From IMG/VR virus record IMGVR_UViG_3300035070_001383, positions 1 to 51,594 of that record: a stretch of DNA of 51,594 nucleotides; one strand, written 5' to 3'. Below the pieces are notes generated by a model. The model had not been told where the DNA came from, did no database searches, and saw nothing but the letters and a program-made list of their open reading frames with translations. The stretch comes from a virus. Taxonomy: Duplodnaviria > Caudoviricetes. Positions within the stretch are counted from its first letter, which is position 1; each line of letters begins with the position of its first letter. Shown one piece after another: positions 18,237-27,756 of the stretch. Made by a program: the position numbers and the translations under genes.

Positions 18237-18271
18237 TCAATTACTAATATAATACTCTAAACAAAAACAAA

Positions 18272-19168
18272 ATGAGTTTATCTATTTCAAATTTGCCTTA
18301 CGGCGACAGACGTCCTGATACTTTCATCGATACTATGGTGAAAAGTGCAGGTGTATTAAACCGCTTCCGTCTTGTTGACGGTGTGAAGAACAAAGTAAAT
18401 GTTCCTATCTTTGACGCTGCTTTAACTTTCGGTACAGATATCTGTGCTTGGGATCCACAGAGCACTGCTACTATCGGTGAGAAAGAAATGAGCGTTGACA
18501 CTTACAAGTGGTCATTCCTTAACTGTAAAGATGCTCTTGAGTCTTCTTACCGTGGTTTGATGCTTAAGCAAGGTCAGCACAATGCTGAGACTATGGACGC
18601 TGAGTTCAAGGATTGGGTTTTCGATTACTTCGCTAAATTATCTGCTCAGAAAGCACTTGAGTTGGCTGCTACTAAATTAGTAACTGAATTAGACGCTGAT
18701 GCTAACATCATCGCTTTGGATACTAACGTTGCTACTATCTCTAAGGCTAACGTATTGGGTGTATTGGAAGCTGCTTACGGCGCAATGAGCGACGTTATGT
18801 TGTCTGCTATCTTCGGAGATGCTGACCGTGCTTACCGTCCTGCATTCTTTATGGGTACTGCTGCTTACCAAAGCTACCAATTGGCTATCGCTGACAAGTT
18901 CACGACTACTCCACAAGGTATCATCGAAGGCGCTATCCCTCAGTACTTGGGTATGGAGATTATCCACTTCCCTTCAATGGCTGCTAACGAGGTTCTCGTT
19001 TCTGCTCCTGATAACATCGTAATGCTTACTGACGACTACAATGACGTTAAAGCTATCGATATGAAGTACGAAGCTGAATTGTCTTCTGATAAAGTATGGG
19101 GTCAGTTCAAATTAGGTTTCTCTTACTTGAAGTCTGAAGAAATCGTTTACGGTAAAGACCGCGCTTAA
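18272..19168 (+). CDS. Major capsid protein (298 aa)
   Basis: Follows the protease/scaffold gene; strongly biased codon usage; size. Confidence 0.75.
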   Translation: MSLSISNLPYGDRRPDTFIDTMVKSAGVLNRFRLVDGVKNKVNVPIFDAALTFGTDICAWDPQSTATIGEKEMSVDTYKWSFLNCKDALESSYRGLMLKQGQHNAETMDAEFKDWVFDYFAKLSAQKALELAATKLVTELDADANIIALDTNVATISKANVLGVLEAAYGAMSDVMLSAIFGDADRAYRPAFFMGTAAYQSYQLAIADKFTTTPQGIIEGAIPQYLGMEIIHFPSMAANEVLVSAPDNIVMLTDDYNDVKAIDMKYEAELSSDKVWGQFKLGFSYLKSEEIVYGKDRA

Positions 19169-19235
19169 TCAATTAATTAACAGTGAGGGGGAGAGCTTAG
19201 TCTCTCTCCTAAACTAACCTAAAAGACATAAAAAA

Positions 19236-19799
19236 ATGGCTTGTAATGTAAATCTTTCAGGTATCTCTTTCTCTTGTACTGACCTTCCCGTTGGTGGATT
19301 GACTCAGGTTTTAATCGGAGAAAAAGCTGACCTAGACGCTCTTGTATCAGTTGAGGCTGACAAGACTAACGTTGCTTACGGAGAGGTTACTATCACACCT
19401 ACTAGTGCTAACTTGTTAGCTGACGGTGACGTTGTTGAATTGAACTTCAATAACAAAGATGGTTTCTCTGTATTTAACGATGTTAAAACTGTAAACGGAG
19501 ACGGCTCTGTTTCTTCTATTCCTACTATCGCTATCGAGTTCCCTGTAATGAACGTAGCGAAGCGTGATGCTCTTGAGCAAATGGCTGTAGGTGGTGCTGA
19601 GTTAGTAGCTTTCGTTCAGACTGCTGCGGGTACTCATCACTTAGTTGGTTTCGAGTACGGATTGTACGCAGGAACTGTTGATGGAACTTCAGGTGCTTCA
19701 CGTACTGACAAGAACCGTTACCAATTGACTTTAACAGGCGAGGAAAGCTCTTTGGCTTTTGCTTTGACTGCTGCTAATTGGACTGCAATCGCAGGATAA
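19236..19799 (+). CDS. Major tail tube protein (187 aa)
   Basis: MAC..C...GG start; G....D.N.Y.LTLTG.E end; biased codons; terminator follows. Confidence 0.65.
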   Translation: MACNVNLSGISFSCTDLPVGGLTQVLIGEKADLDALVSVEADKTNVAYGEVTITPTSANLLADGDVVELNFNNKDGFSVFNDVKTVNGDGSVSSIPTIAIEFPVMNVAKRDALEQMAVGGAELVAFVQTAAGTHHLVGFEYGLYAGTVDGTSGASRTDKNRYQLTLTGEESSLAFALTAANWTAIAG

Positions 19800-19818
19800 T
19801 ATCTTGCATAGAATACTT

Positions 19819-19848
19819 AAGGGGGTGGGGGCAACCCCGCCCTTTTTT
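19819..19848 (+). terminator. Intrinsic terminator
   Basis: GC hairpin with GCAA loop followed by T6. Confidence 0.8.
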
Positions 19849-19874
19849 CTAACTAACCACAATCAATAATTAAT

Positions 19875-20399
19875 ATGGCTTTCGACTGTTCAATAGCATT
19901 TAGCGACATAGATATCAACTGTCAGTTGATGGACGTAGGCGGTATCAAAGCTGTGGTTCTAGGAAAGCAGTGTGACTTAACTATGTCGTTCGACACCGTT
20001 ACAGGAACGACGCTAACGAGCTTAGACCTTGCAGACTATGTTAGGTTTCAGCACAACAAAAAAGACGGCTCTACGACGTTCTCAGAGTCTAAGACAACTA
20101 GCGGTGGCTTAGGTGTTGTTAACACCGATATAACTATACAGCTACCACGTCTAGACAACAAGGTGAATAAGTTGGACTTTATGAGTCGCAGACAAGATAT
20201 AGTCTGTCTTATGCTACACAACAACGGCAGTATAACTGTTAGTGGCTTTATGGACGGGCTAACAATGGATTACTCCGCAACTAGCGGAACAGGATTAAGG
20301 GATAAGTCTTTCGTGGACGTTAAGCTGTCAGCAACGAGTTGGATATCTTCTATAGTTTTGGACGATGACTCTGCACTCACAACACCGCTTTTCGGATAA
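19875..20399 (+). CDS. Tail tube paralog (174 aa)
   Basis: Colinear similarity to 19236..19799 (C..GG..V..G.K; F..NKDG.S.F...KT..G.G.V). Confidence 0.6.
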   Translation: MAFDCSIAFSDIDINCQLMDVGGIKAVVLGKQCDLTMSFDTVTGTTLTSLDLADYVRFQHNKKDGSTTFSESKTTSGGLGVVNTDITIQLPRLDNKVNKLDFMSRRQDIVCLMLHNNGSITVSGFMDGLTMDYSATSGTGLRDKSFVDVKLSATSWISSIVLDDDSALTTPLFG

Positions 20400-20587
20400 T
20401 GTATACGTTAGGAAGGCAAATCGGATATAGCTCAAATTGTGTGTCGACAGGAACAAGCGCGACGTACATAGAGAACAGGCACTATTACTCTTGCACAGTC
20501 ATAACAATCCCGCCAATAACTTGGGACTTGTGGGCAGTGAATTGGGAAACTATTACAACTAATTGGGAAAACGAGGTATATAACTAA
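20399..20587 (+). CDS. Small protein with Trp-repeat C-terminus (62 aa)
   Basis: TWDLWAVNWETITTNWEN; coupled to neighbours. Confidence 0.6.
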   Translation: MYTLGRQIGYSSNCVSTGTSATYIENRHYYSCTVITIPPITWDLWAVNWETITTNWENEVYN

Positions 20588-20589
20588 CT

Positions 20590-21018
20590 ATGGCTACATT
20601 ACAGGGACAGCAACCAAAGGACACCTATAAGGGTCTGATTAAAACCTCTGACTCACAAGAGGCAACCACAGAGAAGAGCTTACAGGACGGTGCGGGAAAC
20701 GCATTGCCTATGAGTGTATCTCCTAGTTCTGTAGGTTTCTCAGGTGATATAAAAGACAACAATGGTAACGCGGGCACTACGGGTCAGGTGTTATCTAAGA
20801 CGCTAAACGGAACGGAGTGGTCAAACAGAACGTTTACCTTTACCCAAACAGTTAGCACAAACATATGGAGCATAACCCATAACATAGGTTCCTTCCCCGC
20901 AGTCACAGTTGTTGACTCGGTAGGTAACTTTGTTGTAGGAGACGTTTCTTATACCGACGATAGGTCGTTGACCTTGACGTTTAAAACTGCCTTCAAGGGT
21001 AAGGCTTATCTTAACTAA
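20590..21018 (+). CDS. Fibre-associated structural protein (142 aa)
   Basis: GT.GQVL fibre motif; C-terminal THN...P.VTVVDS domain. Confidence 0.65.
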   Translation: MATLQGQQPKDTYKGLIKTSDSQEATTEKSLQDGAGNALPMSVSPSSVGFSGDIKDNNGNAGTTGQVLSKTLNGTEWSNRTFTFTQTVSTNIWSITHNIGSFPAVTVVDSVGNFVVGDVSYTDDRSLTLTFKTAFKGKAYLN

Positions 21019-21036
21019 TAACTAATAACAAAACAA

Positions 21037-22725
21037 ATGGCTTCTAAATTTTTGATTGACATTGACCTCAATGGTAATGAGATTCAGAACTTCGGTATTC
21101 AAACTACGGGAACTCTGCCTTCTACTCCATTTAACGGTCAGGTTGTAAACCACAGCGGCGTAATCAAAGTCTACGAGACATCTTCTACATCGTGGAAGTA
21201 TGTAGGTATGGCTGCTGACGGAACAACTATCACTGAGTCTTCAGGCGTTATCTCTGTAGGTGCAATACCTCAGTCTAGCGTTACAGGTCTTGCTACTTCT
21301 TTAGGCGGTAAGGTTGATGACTCTCAAGTATTAACAAACGTACCTTCAGGTGCGGTATTTACCGATACTACCTACACAGCAGGTGACGGTCTAGACCTAT
21401 CATCTACCGAGTTCGCTGTAGACTCTACAGTTGTTCGCACTTCAGGCGCACAGACTATCGGTGGCTCTAAGACATTCTCTAGCGACGTAATCGTTGAGGG
21501 TGACCTTACTGTAAGCGGCGCTGTAATCACTACATTGTCTGAGCAAGTTGAGATTGAGGATAACATCCTTCTACTTAACTCTAACGTAACAGGTACTCCT
21601 ACTGAGGACTCAGGTCTTGAGGTAGAGCGTGGAACAAGTGCAAACGCAAAATTAGTATGGGACGAGTCTGCTGACCGTTGGACATTTACTAACGACGGAA
21701 GTACTTTCTTTAACATTCCTGTATCTAGTGAGTACTCTACTGCTAACGATAACGATTTTGTTGACGGTGCTACATTTAACAGCGCTAACGGTGAGTTAAC
21801 TCTTAGCGTATCTTCACAGTCTGACGTTGTAGTTGACCTAGATGGACGCTACTTAACTTCGTTTACTGAGTCTAACGATTACGGAACTATCGCCGTATCA
21901 GGACAGACTTCTGTTGCTGCTTCAAGCGCAGGAGACACAGTTACCTTCGTAGGAGCGGGTGGTATGACTATCACTACAGGTACTGACGAGGTTACATTTA
22001 CTTCTGCTAACGATAACGACATCGACTACATTAGCGGTGCTTCTTTTGCTAGCGGTACGTTGACATTAACAGGTCAGGGTAACGCGGGTGCTTCTGTATC
22101 TTTAGACGGACGTTACTTACAGTCTTTCACTGAAACTGACCCTGTATTTACTGCTCACGTTGCTAACGGTATTACAGCAACCAAGATTTCAAATTGGGAT
22201 ACTGCTTTCGGTTGGGGCGACCACGGTGTTGAAGGATACCTAACTGCTGTACCTGCTGCGGGTATTGGTGCGGGTACTTACGGTGATGCTGCTGACGGTA
22301 CTAAGATTGATACAATCACAGTTGATGCTCAAGGTCGTGTAACTGCTCTTGCTACAGGCCCTGTAGTTGACAACAACACACAGCGTACTGACGAAGAGAT
22401 TGAAGACGTTGTAGGTGCAATGTTCAGCGGAAACATTGAAAGCGGTCTAAGCGTAGTCTACCAAGACTCTACTGCTGACATCGACGTTGTTACAACTCAC
22501 CACACTTACACTCATAGTGAGGCTAGCTACGCGGGTGGTACACTTAAGATTGGCGGTCACAACTTAGACTTATCAGCGGGTGCTGTAGTTCAGGTTTATG
22601 ACGTATCTTCAAGTAACTACCAACAGGTTGCTACAGACGTTGTATTAGACACGACCAACGTTGAGATTAGTGTAGTTCTACCTGCGGGAGATTGGAAAAT
22701 CATCGCACACGGAACAAGAGCTTAA
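21037..22725 (+). CDS. Tail fibre protein, allele A (562 aa)
   Basis: Ser/Thr/Gly-rich; IEDN..LLN..GLEVERG module; internal repeats ANDND..LDGRYL.SFTE. Confidence 0.75.
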   Translation: MASKFLIDIDLNGNEIQNFGIQTTGTLPSTPFNGQVVNHSGVIKVYETSSTSWKYVGMAADGTTITESSGVISVGAIPQSSVTGLATSLGGKVDDSQVLTNVPSGAVFTDTTYTAGDGLDLSSTEFAVDSTVVRTSGAQTIGGSKTFSSDVIVEGDLTVSGAVITTLSEQVEIEDNILLLNSNVTGTPTEDSGLEVERGTSANAKLVWDESADRWTFTNDGSTFFNIPVSSEYSTANDNDFVDGATFNSANGELTLSVSSQSDVVVDLDGRYLTSFTESNDYGTIAVSGQTSVAASSAGDTVTFVGAGGMTITTGTDEVTFTSANDNDIDYISGASFASGTLTLTGQGNAGASVSLDGRYLQSFTETDPVFTAHVANGITATKISNWDTAFGWGDHGVEGYLTAVPAAGIGAGTYGDAADGTKIDTITVDAQGRVTALATGPVVDNNTQRTDEEIEDVVGAMFSGNIESGLSVVYQDSTADIDVVTTHHTYTHSEASYAGGTLKIGGHNLDLSAGAVVQVYDVSSSNYQQVATDVVLDTTNVEISVVLPAGDWKIIAHGTRA

Positions 22726-22741
22726 TAATAACTTTATAGCG

Positions 22742-22770
22742 GGGCGGTTAACGCCGCCCTTCTATTTTTT
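22742..22770 (+). terminator. Intrinsic terminator-like hairpin (duplicated at 32774-32802)
   Basis: GGGCGG ttaacg CCGCCC followed by TTCTATTTTTT. Confidence 0.65.
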
Positions 22771-22784
22771 AACCACAACAGAAT

Positions 22785-23282
22785 ATGGCTAATAAGGTAA
22801 TAACAGATTTAGAAGTAGACGGAACGGTAACTGCAACAAGCGGTAACTCGACTAATTGGAACACCGCTTACGGGTGGGGCGACCACGCGGGTCTTTACGA
22901 TAACTACAGTTCTTTTAACCTTAAGACCAACGGCACACAGCGTACTACCGTTTCTAGCGGCGGTACAGTTGATATCACAGCAGGAAGTAATGTAAGTGTT
23001 AGTTATAGCGCGGGTGGTGTGGTTACTCTCGCGTCTACTAATACTACGTATTCCGCGGGCACAGGTTTAGATTTGACAGGGACAGTTTTCTCTGTTGAGT
23101 CTGACTTGCGCGATGTATCCTATATAGGAAAGGATAGCAATAACTACATTCAGTTCAATGTAGACGGCAATGGACACACAGATTTCTACACAGCGGGTGC
23201 GTGGGTAGCTAGGCTACAGAGCGACGGTGAGCTTCACGTTAAAGGCGACATCGTAGCATTCTCTGATATCTTTAATCCTTAA
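22785..23282 (+). CDS. Short fibre protein (165 aa)
   Basis: NWNTAYGWGDH and TTYSAGTGLDL modules shared with the upstream fibre; C-terminal LHVKGDIVAFS. Confidence 0.75.
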   Translation: MANKVITDLEVDGTVTATSGNSTNWNTAYGWGDHAGLYDNYSSFNLKTNGTQRTTVSSGGTVDITAGSNVSVSYSAGGVVTLASTNTTYSAGTGLDLTGTVFSVESDLRDVSYIGKDSNNYIQFNVDGNGHTDFYTAGAWVARLQSDGELHVKGDIVAFSDIFNP

Positions 23283-23286
23283 TAGT

Positions 23287-24252
23287 ATGGCCCTACAATC
23301 TAGCGGTCAGATTAAATTCTCTGAAATAAACACAGAGCTTTCTAGAACTTCAACAGACATAATCAGTCTATCAGATGCTTCTACGGGAGTCCTAGGTGCT
23401 ATAAACACCAATAACGCTGTAGCTGACAGACCTGACCAATCTGCGCCTCACGCTATAAGCGAATGGTTTAGCTACAATCACAATGCAGCGGGTGCTTACA
23501 CAAACACGCACTACTACTCTATGACCTACGACGCACTCAGAAGAAGTGCTACTAGTTCTCCGTTCAACCTTAGCGGCTCTCAGGACTTGTCTGTATCTAT
23601 GTGGGTAAAGCAATTAGCTACAACGGCCAACGAGATTATGTGGGACTTCTCGAATACTTCGAGCAACTCATCTAACAGATTCTTTCTGCAATACCACAAG
23701 TCTTTTAACCGATTGATAGTTAAGCACAGGACAAACAGTACGAATTACGACAGACAGTTTTCTTTACACGATAACAACTCTATAACGGGAACAGGCACTA
23801 ACTCAGGCGTAGCTTGGAGCAATACCAATAGAGGAAACACCAACTCAGATGGTTGGACATTACTCACTGTAACTTATGACGCTTCTCAGTCTAATGCTAC
23901 AAACGGTATTAAGTTGTATTGGAACGCTACTGAGGTAACCACACAAGCTGTCGCTAACTCAGGAACAAGAAGTACTATAGCGGTTAACGACTTCACCATA
24001 GGTAACAACAACCACAACGCTACAACTACAGCGGGAGCTATGAACTGTAATGTCGACGAGCTAAAGATATTCGGAAGCGTTTTAAGCGCCTCTAACGTAA
24101 CTTCTCTATACAATGGTGGTGTAGTAGCCAATGCAGCAAATTCGTTCAGCACAGGGCTTCTTACGGAGTACAGCTTCGATAGCAACACTCAGGACAGCGC
24201 AGGGTTATTCCCTACGTCTCAGGTAGACACGGGCGCAAGAACGGCTTACTAA
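23287..24252 (+). CDS. Concanavalin A/LamG-like domain protein (putative receptor-binding tip)
   Basis: MALQSSGQI.FS.I..E start; SVSMWVK, WTLLTVTYD, KLYWN, VDELKIF..LSAS.V.SLYNGG. Confidence 0.75.
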   Translation: MALQSSGQIKFSEINTELSRTSTDIISLSDASTGVLGAINTNNAVADRPDQSAPHAISEWFSYNHNAAGAYTNTHYYSMTYDALRRSATSSPFNLSGSQDLSVSMWVKQLATTANEIMWDFSNTSSNSSNRFFLQYHKSFNRLIVKHRTNSTNYDRQFSLHDNNSITGTGTNSGVAWSNTNRGNTNSDGWTLLTVTYDASQSNATNGIKLYWNATEVTTQAVANSGTRSTIAVNDFTIGNNNHNATTTAGAMNCNVDELKIFGSVLSASNVTSLYNGGVVANAANSFSTGLLTEYSFDSNTQDSAGLFPTSQVDTGARTAY

Positions 24253-24253
24253 T

Positions 24254-24467
24254 GAGTCGCGTATTGAGCGTGATTCGCTCAAAGCGTCAGAACGGTAGGA
24301 TTGTCGTTATACCTCATTTATACTTTACCTATCTATTCATAGGTTTAGTTAGCGGTGGTGTTTACTCCATACTAGGTAGGGACGCATTAGTCGCCCTATT
24401 TAGTTGGTATTATATCAACGGTATAGACACATATCTATTGATGCTGTCTATAGTTGAATACGCGCTT
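24254..24467 (+). ncRNA. Candidate multi-stem structured RNA (overlaps dubious 83-aa ORF 24252..24503)
   Basis: Closing stem CGCGTAT/ATACGCG encloses at least five hairpins, with G-U pairs on the plus strand. Confidence 0.4.
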
Positions 24468-24505
24468 AGAGTGATATTGATAAACAAAAAGCACATACGA
24501 TAATT

Positions 24506-24522
24506 TCGTAAATTATAAAAAG
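24506..24522 (+). promoter_or_regulatory. Late promoter motif copy 4
   Basis: Exact 17-mer before the portal block. Confidence 0.75.
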
Positions 24523-24545
24523 GGCACTTACTTTAAATAACCACT

Positions 24546-24779
24546 ATGAAGTTAACCAAAAAAGAATTAGCTAGTCTCAAGGAGATTGTAGCTGAGATTA
24601 AGAAGATAGAGGGCGTTATCGCCAATCTAGAACTACAGAAATCAAACGCTGTTAATCACTATCGCGCTATGCGTGAGTCAGTTGACGGTTATAAAGAAGT
24701 GTTACAAAAGAAATACGGAGACGTTCAAATCGACGTAGCTACAGGTACTATCAAAAAAGCGAATGAAGAGACTAAATAA
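24546..24779 (+). CDS. Small coiled-coil protein (77 aa)
   Basis: Coiled coil ending L.KKYGDV.ID..TG.I. Confidence 0.75.
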   Translation: MKLTKKELASLKEIVAEIKKIEGVIANLELQKSNAVNHYRAMRESVDGYKEVLQKKYGDVQIDVATGTIKKANEETK

Positions 24780-25104
24780 TCAGGAAGTTAATATAATTTC
24801 TGTTATCAGGACTTATGATATGAGTAGTCAATTTTACGAAGTTGACCTTCTGTCTAGTTCTGATTTTTCTCGCGCCTATACCTTTTCTGTTGGTGTACAT
24901 TTACCTAGCAATTGCAAAGACTTTGCTACGATAATTGTAGATTTAACATCTAATGTTATAGAGTCGGGAGAGTATGTATTTAGCCTTAGAGACGTTAGTT
25001 CAGGCGGGTCTGACACAGTTGTAGAGTTTTTAGCTCTAGTGGAAGATAACGACAGAACGAGTGTTGATACTGCTGATATCTATGGTGATTCAATAATCTT
25101 CTAA
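24763..25104 (+). CDS. Hypothetical structural protein (113 aa)
   Basis: ORF between the coiled-coil gene and portal. Confidence 0.65.
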   Translation: MKRLNNQEVNIISVIRTYDMSSQFYEVDLLSSSDFSRAYTFSVGVHLPSNCKDFATIIVDLTSNVIESGEYVFSLRDVSSGGSDTVVEFLALVEDNDRTSVDTADIYGDSIIF

Positions 25105-25114
25105 AAAGAATTAA

Positions 25115-26365
25115 ATGGGTTTATTTGACAGAGTAATTGAGACGTTTGCATCGTACACCAACGTGCAGGCGACAAGCAGTAGCATAGCCTCTAATGAGTT
25201 GGAGAATGCTATTCGCGACCTTAACGGTAAGTATCGTTTAGGGCAAACAAACAAAGGCTCGTACATTAAGTTCGGTGTTCAGGATGACTTTCCTGTTATG
25301 CTAGACAAGATGCTACGTCAGTCTCCTGTTCACGCAGGTATCCTAACCAAGAAGGCCAAGATGGTCGTAGGCACAGACGTCTCTTACGACGACTCATTCC
25401 TACAGACTAAGAAGGCTAAGGCAGAACTTAAGGTGTTTGTACAGAACTGTGCGGGCGCTAACAAGGGTCTATACGACGTGTTAACTCACGCGTCTTTTCA
25501 ATACGAGAAGTCAGGCGCTTACGCTATGTATATCAGATGGAACAAGGAACGTACTAAGATACTAGAACTCAGCTCGCTAGACATTAAGGGTGTACGTGCG
25601 GCAGAACCTAACAACAAGGGTGAGGTAACTAATTACATAGTTCGCCGTATGTTCGGTCAGGGCGCAGACTCTATGCAGCACAATGAGGCTCGCGTTATAC
25701 CCGCGTTCAACAAGTGGGATAAGAAGCAGACTGAAGCTGTATTGTATGTTACTAACCCGTTCTCAGGTAACGAGTTCTACGGTGTGCCTAACTACATTTC
25801 TGCATTCCATTATATCTCGGCTGACTTTGCTTTCGGTAAGCATATTAAGAACAGCGCCGAGAACGGATTTACGCCTAAGGTTATGGCCACGTTCGTTGGA
25901 CGTAATATGAGTCCTGAGCAGAAGCAAAAGGAGTACGAGGCGTTCAAGAACTCATTCACGGGAACTGACGGTGAGCAAGCTATGTTAGCTTGGGTTAAGA
26001 AGCCTGAAGACAAACCCACTATTGAGTCACTAGATATTTCAAACCTAGATAAGACTGTAGATGTTCTTTCTAGACTAAACGATGCTAAAATTCTAACTGC
26101 ACACAATGTTACAAGCCCTACGCTATTTGGTGTTATGGTTAGCGGTAAACTTGGAGGTACGGGTAACGAGCTTATCACTGCTTACCAAATTTTCCGTGCT
26201 ACTGAAACGCTACCTAACAGAGAGATTTTATTTAATGGTGTGCAGCGCCTCCTTGATACAGTCGGTTTGGGTGGAATGTCTCTCGATGTAGTAGAGGAGC
26301 CTATCAACCTAGAGAGTATTAAAGGTGCTAACACAACAGATGTAACCCCTAAAGAAGAGAAGTAA
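25115..26365 (+). CDS. Portal protein (416 aa), copy 1
   Basis: SPVHAGIL..K..MVVG, YGVPNY.SA, NGFTP, IL.AH.VTSP.LFG motifs (PBSX-like portal). Confidence 0.8.
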   Translation: MGLFDRVIETFASYTNVQATSSSIASNELENAIRDLNGKYRLGQTNKGSYIKFGVQDDFPVMLDKMLRQSPVHAGILTKKAKMVVGTDVSYDDSFLQTKKAKAELKVFVQNCAGANKGLYDVLTHASFQYEKSGAYAMYIRWNKERTKILELSSLDIKGVRAAEPNNKGEVTNYIVRRMFGQGADSMQHNEARVIPAFNKWDKKQTEAVLYVTNPFSGNEFYGVPNYISAFHYISADFAFGKHIKNSAENGFTPKVMATFVGRNMSPEQKQKEYEAFKNSFTGTDGEQAMLAWVKKPEDKPTIESLDISNLDKTVDVLSRLNDAKILTAHNVTSPTLFGVMVSGKLGGTGNELITAYQIFRATETLPNREILFNGVQRLLDTVGLGGMSLDVVEEPINLESIKGANTTDVTPKEEK

Positions 26366-26892
26366 TGGTAGATATTTTATTCATAGACGACAATTACCTA
26401 TACAAGAACTTCCCTCTTCCTAACAAGATGGACAGAGCTAACGTTTTGTCTATAGTTCAGATTGAACAGTTCACAACAATTCAGGACGTACTAGGCACTT
26501 GCCTGTACGAATACCTAGAGGCGGGTATGCTAGCTCAGAACCTTACAGCTACAGAGCAGGAGCTTATGAAGCTAGTTAAGTATTGTTTAGCTATGCACAC
26601 CGCAAAGGCTGCTATCACGTTCACTAGGACGGCTGCTGCTTCTCACAGTAACACAGACGCACAGAGTCAGAGTCAATACACTCTAGATGCGTTGTCAGAT
26701 TCAATCATATCTAAGGCAGGATACGTTCAGGACAGAATCATTAAGTTTGTAAAAGCTGACGCTGACCTTCTAGCGATTGCTCAGGCAGAAGGGTGTAACA
26801 ATGACTTGTTTAACGATGAGGACTCTGTTGGTTTAGACGGCTCTGTATTCTACCCTAATGGTAGCACAAGTAACTCGGAAACGGATTGCTAG
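26365..26892 (+). CDS. Putative head-tail adaptor (175 aa), copy 1
   Basis: Directly after portal; Q...IQDVLGT.LY motif. Confidence 0.55.
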   Translation: MVDILFIDDNYLYKNFPLPNKMDRANVLSIVQIEQFTTIQDVLGTCLYEYLEAGMLAQNLTATEQELMKLVKYCLAMHTAKAAITFTRTAAASHSNTDAQSQSQYTLDALSDSIISKAGYVQDRIIKFVKADADLLAIAQAEGCNNDLFNDEDSVGLDGSVFYPNGSTSNSETDC

Positions 26893-26927
26893 TAAACAAG
26901 TTATAACAACCCTAACACAAACACAAT

Positions 26928-27752
26928 ATGCCTACACAGAACAGTGATAAGATAAATATATCTCACTCTGTTGCTCGCAAGTCAGGTATCTACGGTCTAG
27001 AATGGGACGTAGCTAACGAGGCATTGCAAGTAAAGAGAACTGAGACTAACGGAACGGTAACAGAATATGCTGTACAATCAGCGCCTTCACGCGACGGTGA
27101 GTCGGGCTATTCGCACACAGGTGCATTCGCTGACAAGCCTCTTACAAACGATTACGTTTGGGAAGCGGGTGGTGGTATAAACTACACTCAGGCTGACGTA
27201 GATGCGTCTTCTTACAAAGTTCTTAGTCTTAGTGAGGCTGTTCACTTAGCTGTTGATAACCCATATTGGTCAACACCAACTCCTTCGGGAACAACGGGTA
27301 TAGGATTGTTTCAGGGAGCTAACCTTCCTGAAGGTGTAAGTTCTTTGTTTGACTACACGTTTGACTACGACACTGCATACCCAACCTCTAGCGGAACGGG
27401 TTACGAGGGTTCTACAGGGCGCATAAAGCTCAATGACCTTAACTACGGCGACCAACTACGTGTGCGCTTCGACTTCAATGTAATACCTCAGATTGCTAAT
27501 ACGACTATAGAGCCTGCGCTTTGGTATTCTAACCGTAACGACAGCGATGACATTACATACACGTTCCCTCTGACGACTTCTCCTGTATTCTATGGTCTAG
27601 GTACAGTTGGTAACACATACCTCAACAGGGTAGAGATATCGGCTTGGATTACATCTAACGAAGATGTTAACGCTCTAGCGCTGCCTGCTATCAAAGCAGA
27701 CAACCCCGTGATTATTCAGCCTTTGGGTTTATTAGTAACTATTTTAAGATAA
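26928..27752 (+). CDS. Hypothetical structural protein (274 aa), copy 1
   Basis: ORF track; beta-rich composition. Confidence 0.7.
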   Translation: MPTQNSDKINISHSVARKSGIYGLEWDVANEALQVKRTETNGTVTEYAVQSAPSRDGESGYSHTGAFADKPLTNDYVWEAGGGINYTQADVDASSYKVLSLSEAVHLAVDNPYWSTPTPSGTTGIGLFQGANLPEGVSSLFDYTFDYDTAYPTSSGTGYEGSTGRIKLNDLNYGDQLRVRFDFNVIPQIANTTIEPALWYSNRNDSDDITYTFPLTTSPVFYGLGTVGNTYLNRVEISAWITSNEDVNALALPAIKADNPVIIQPLGLLVTILR

Positions 27753-27756
27753 CAGT

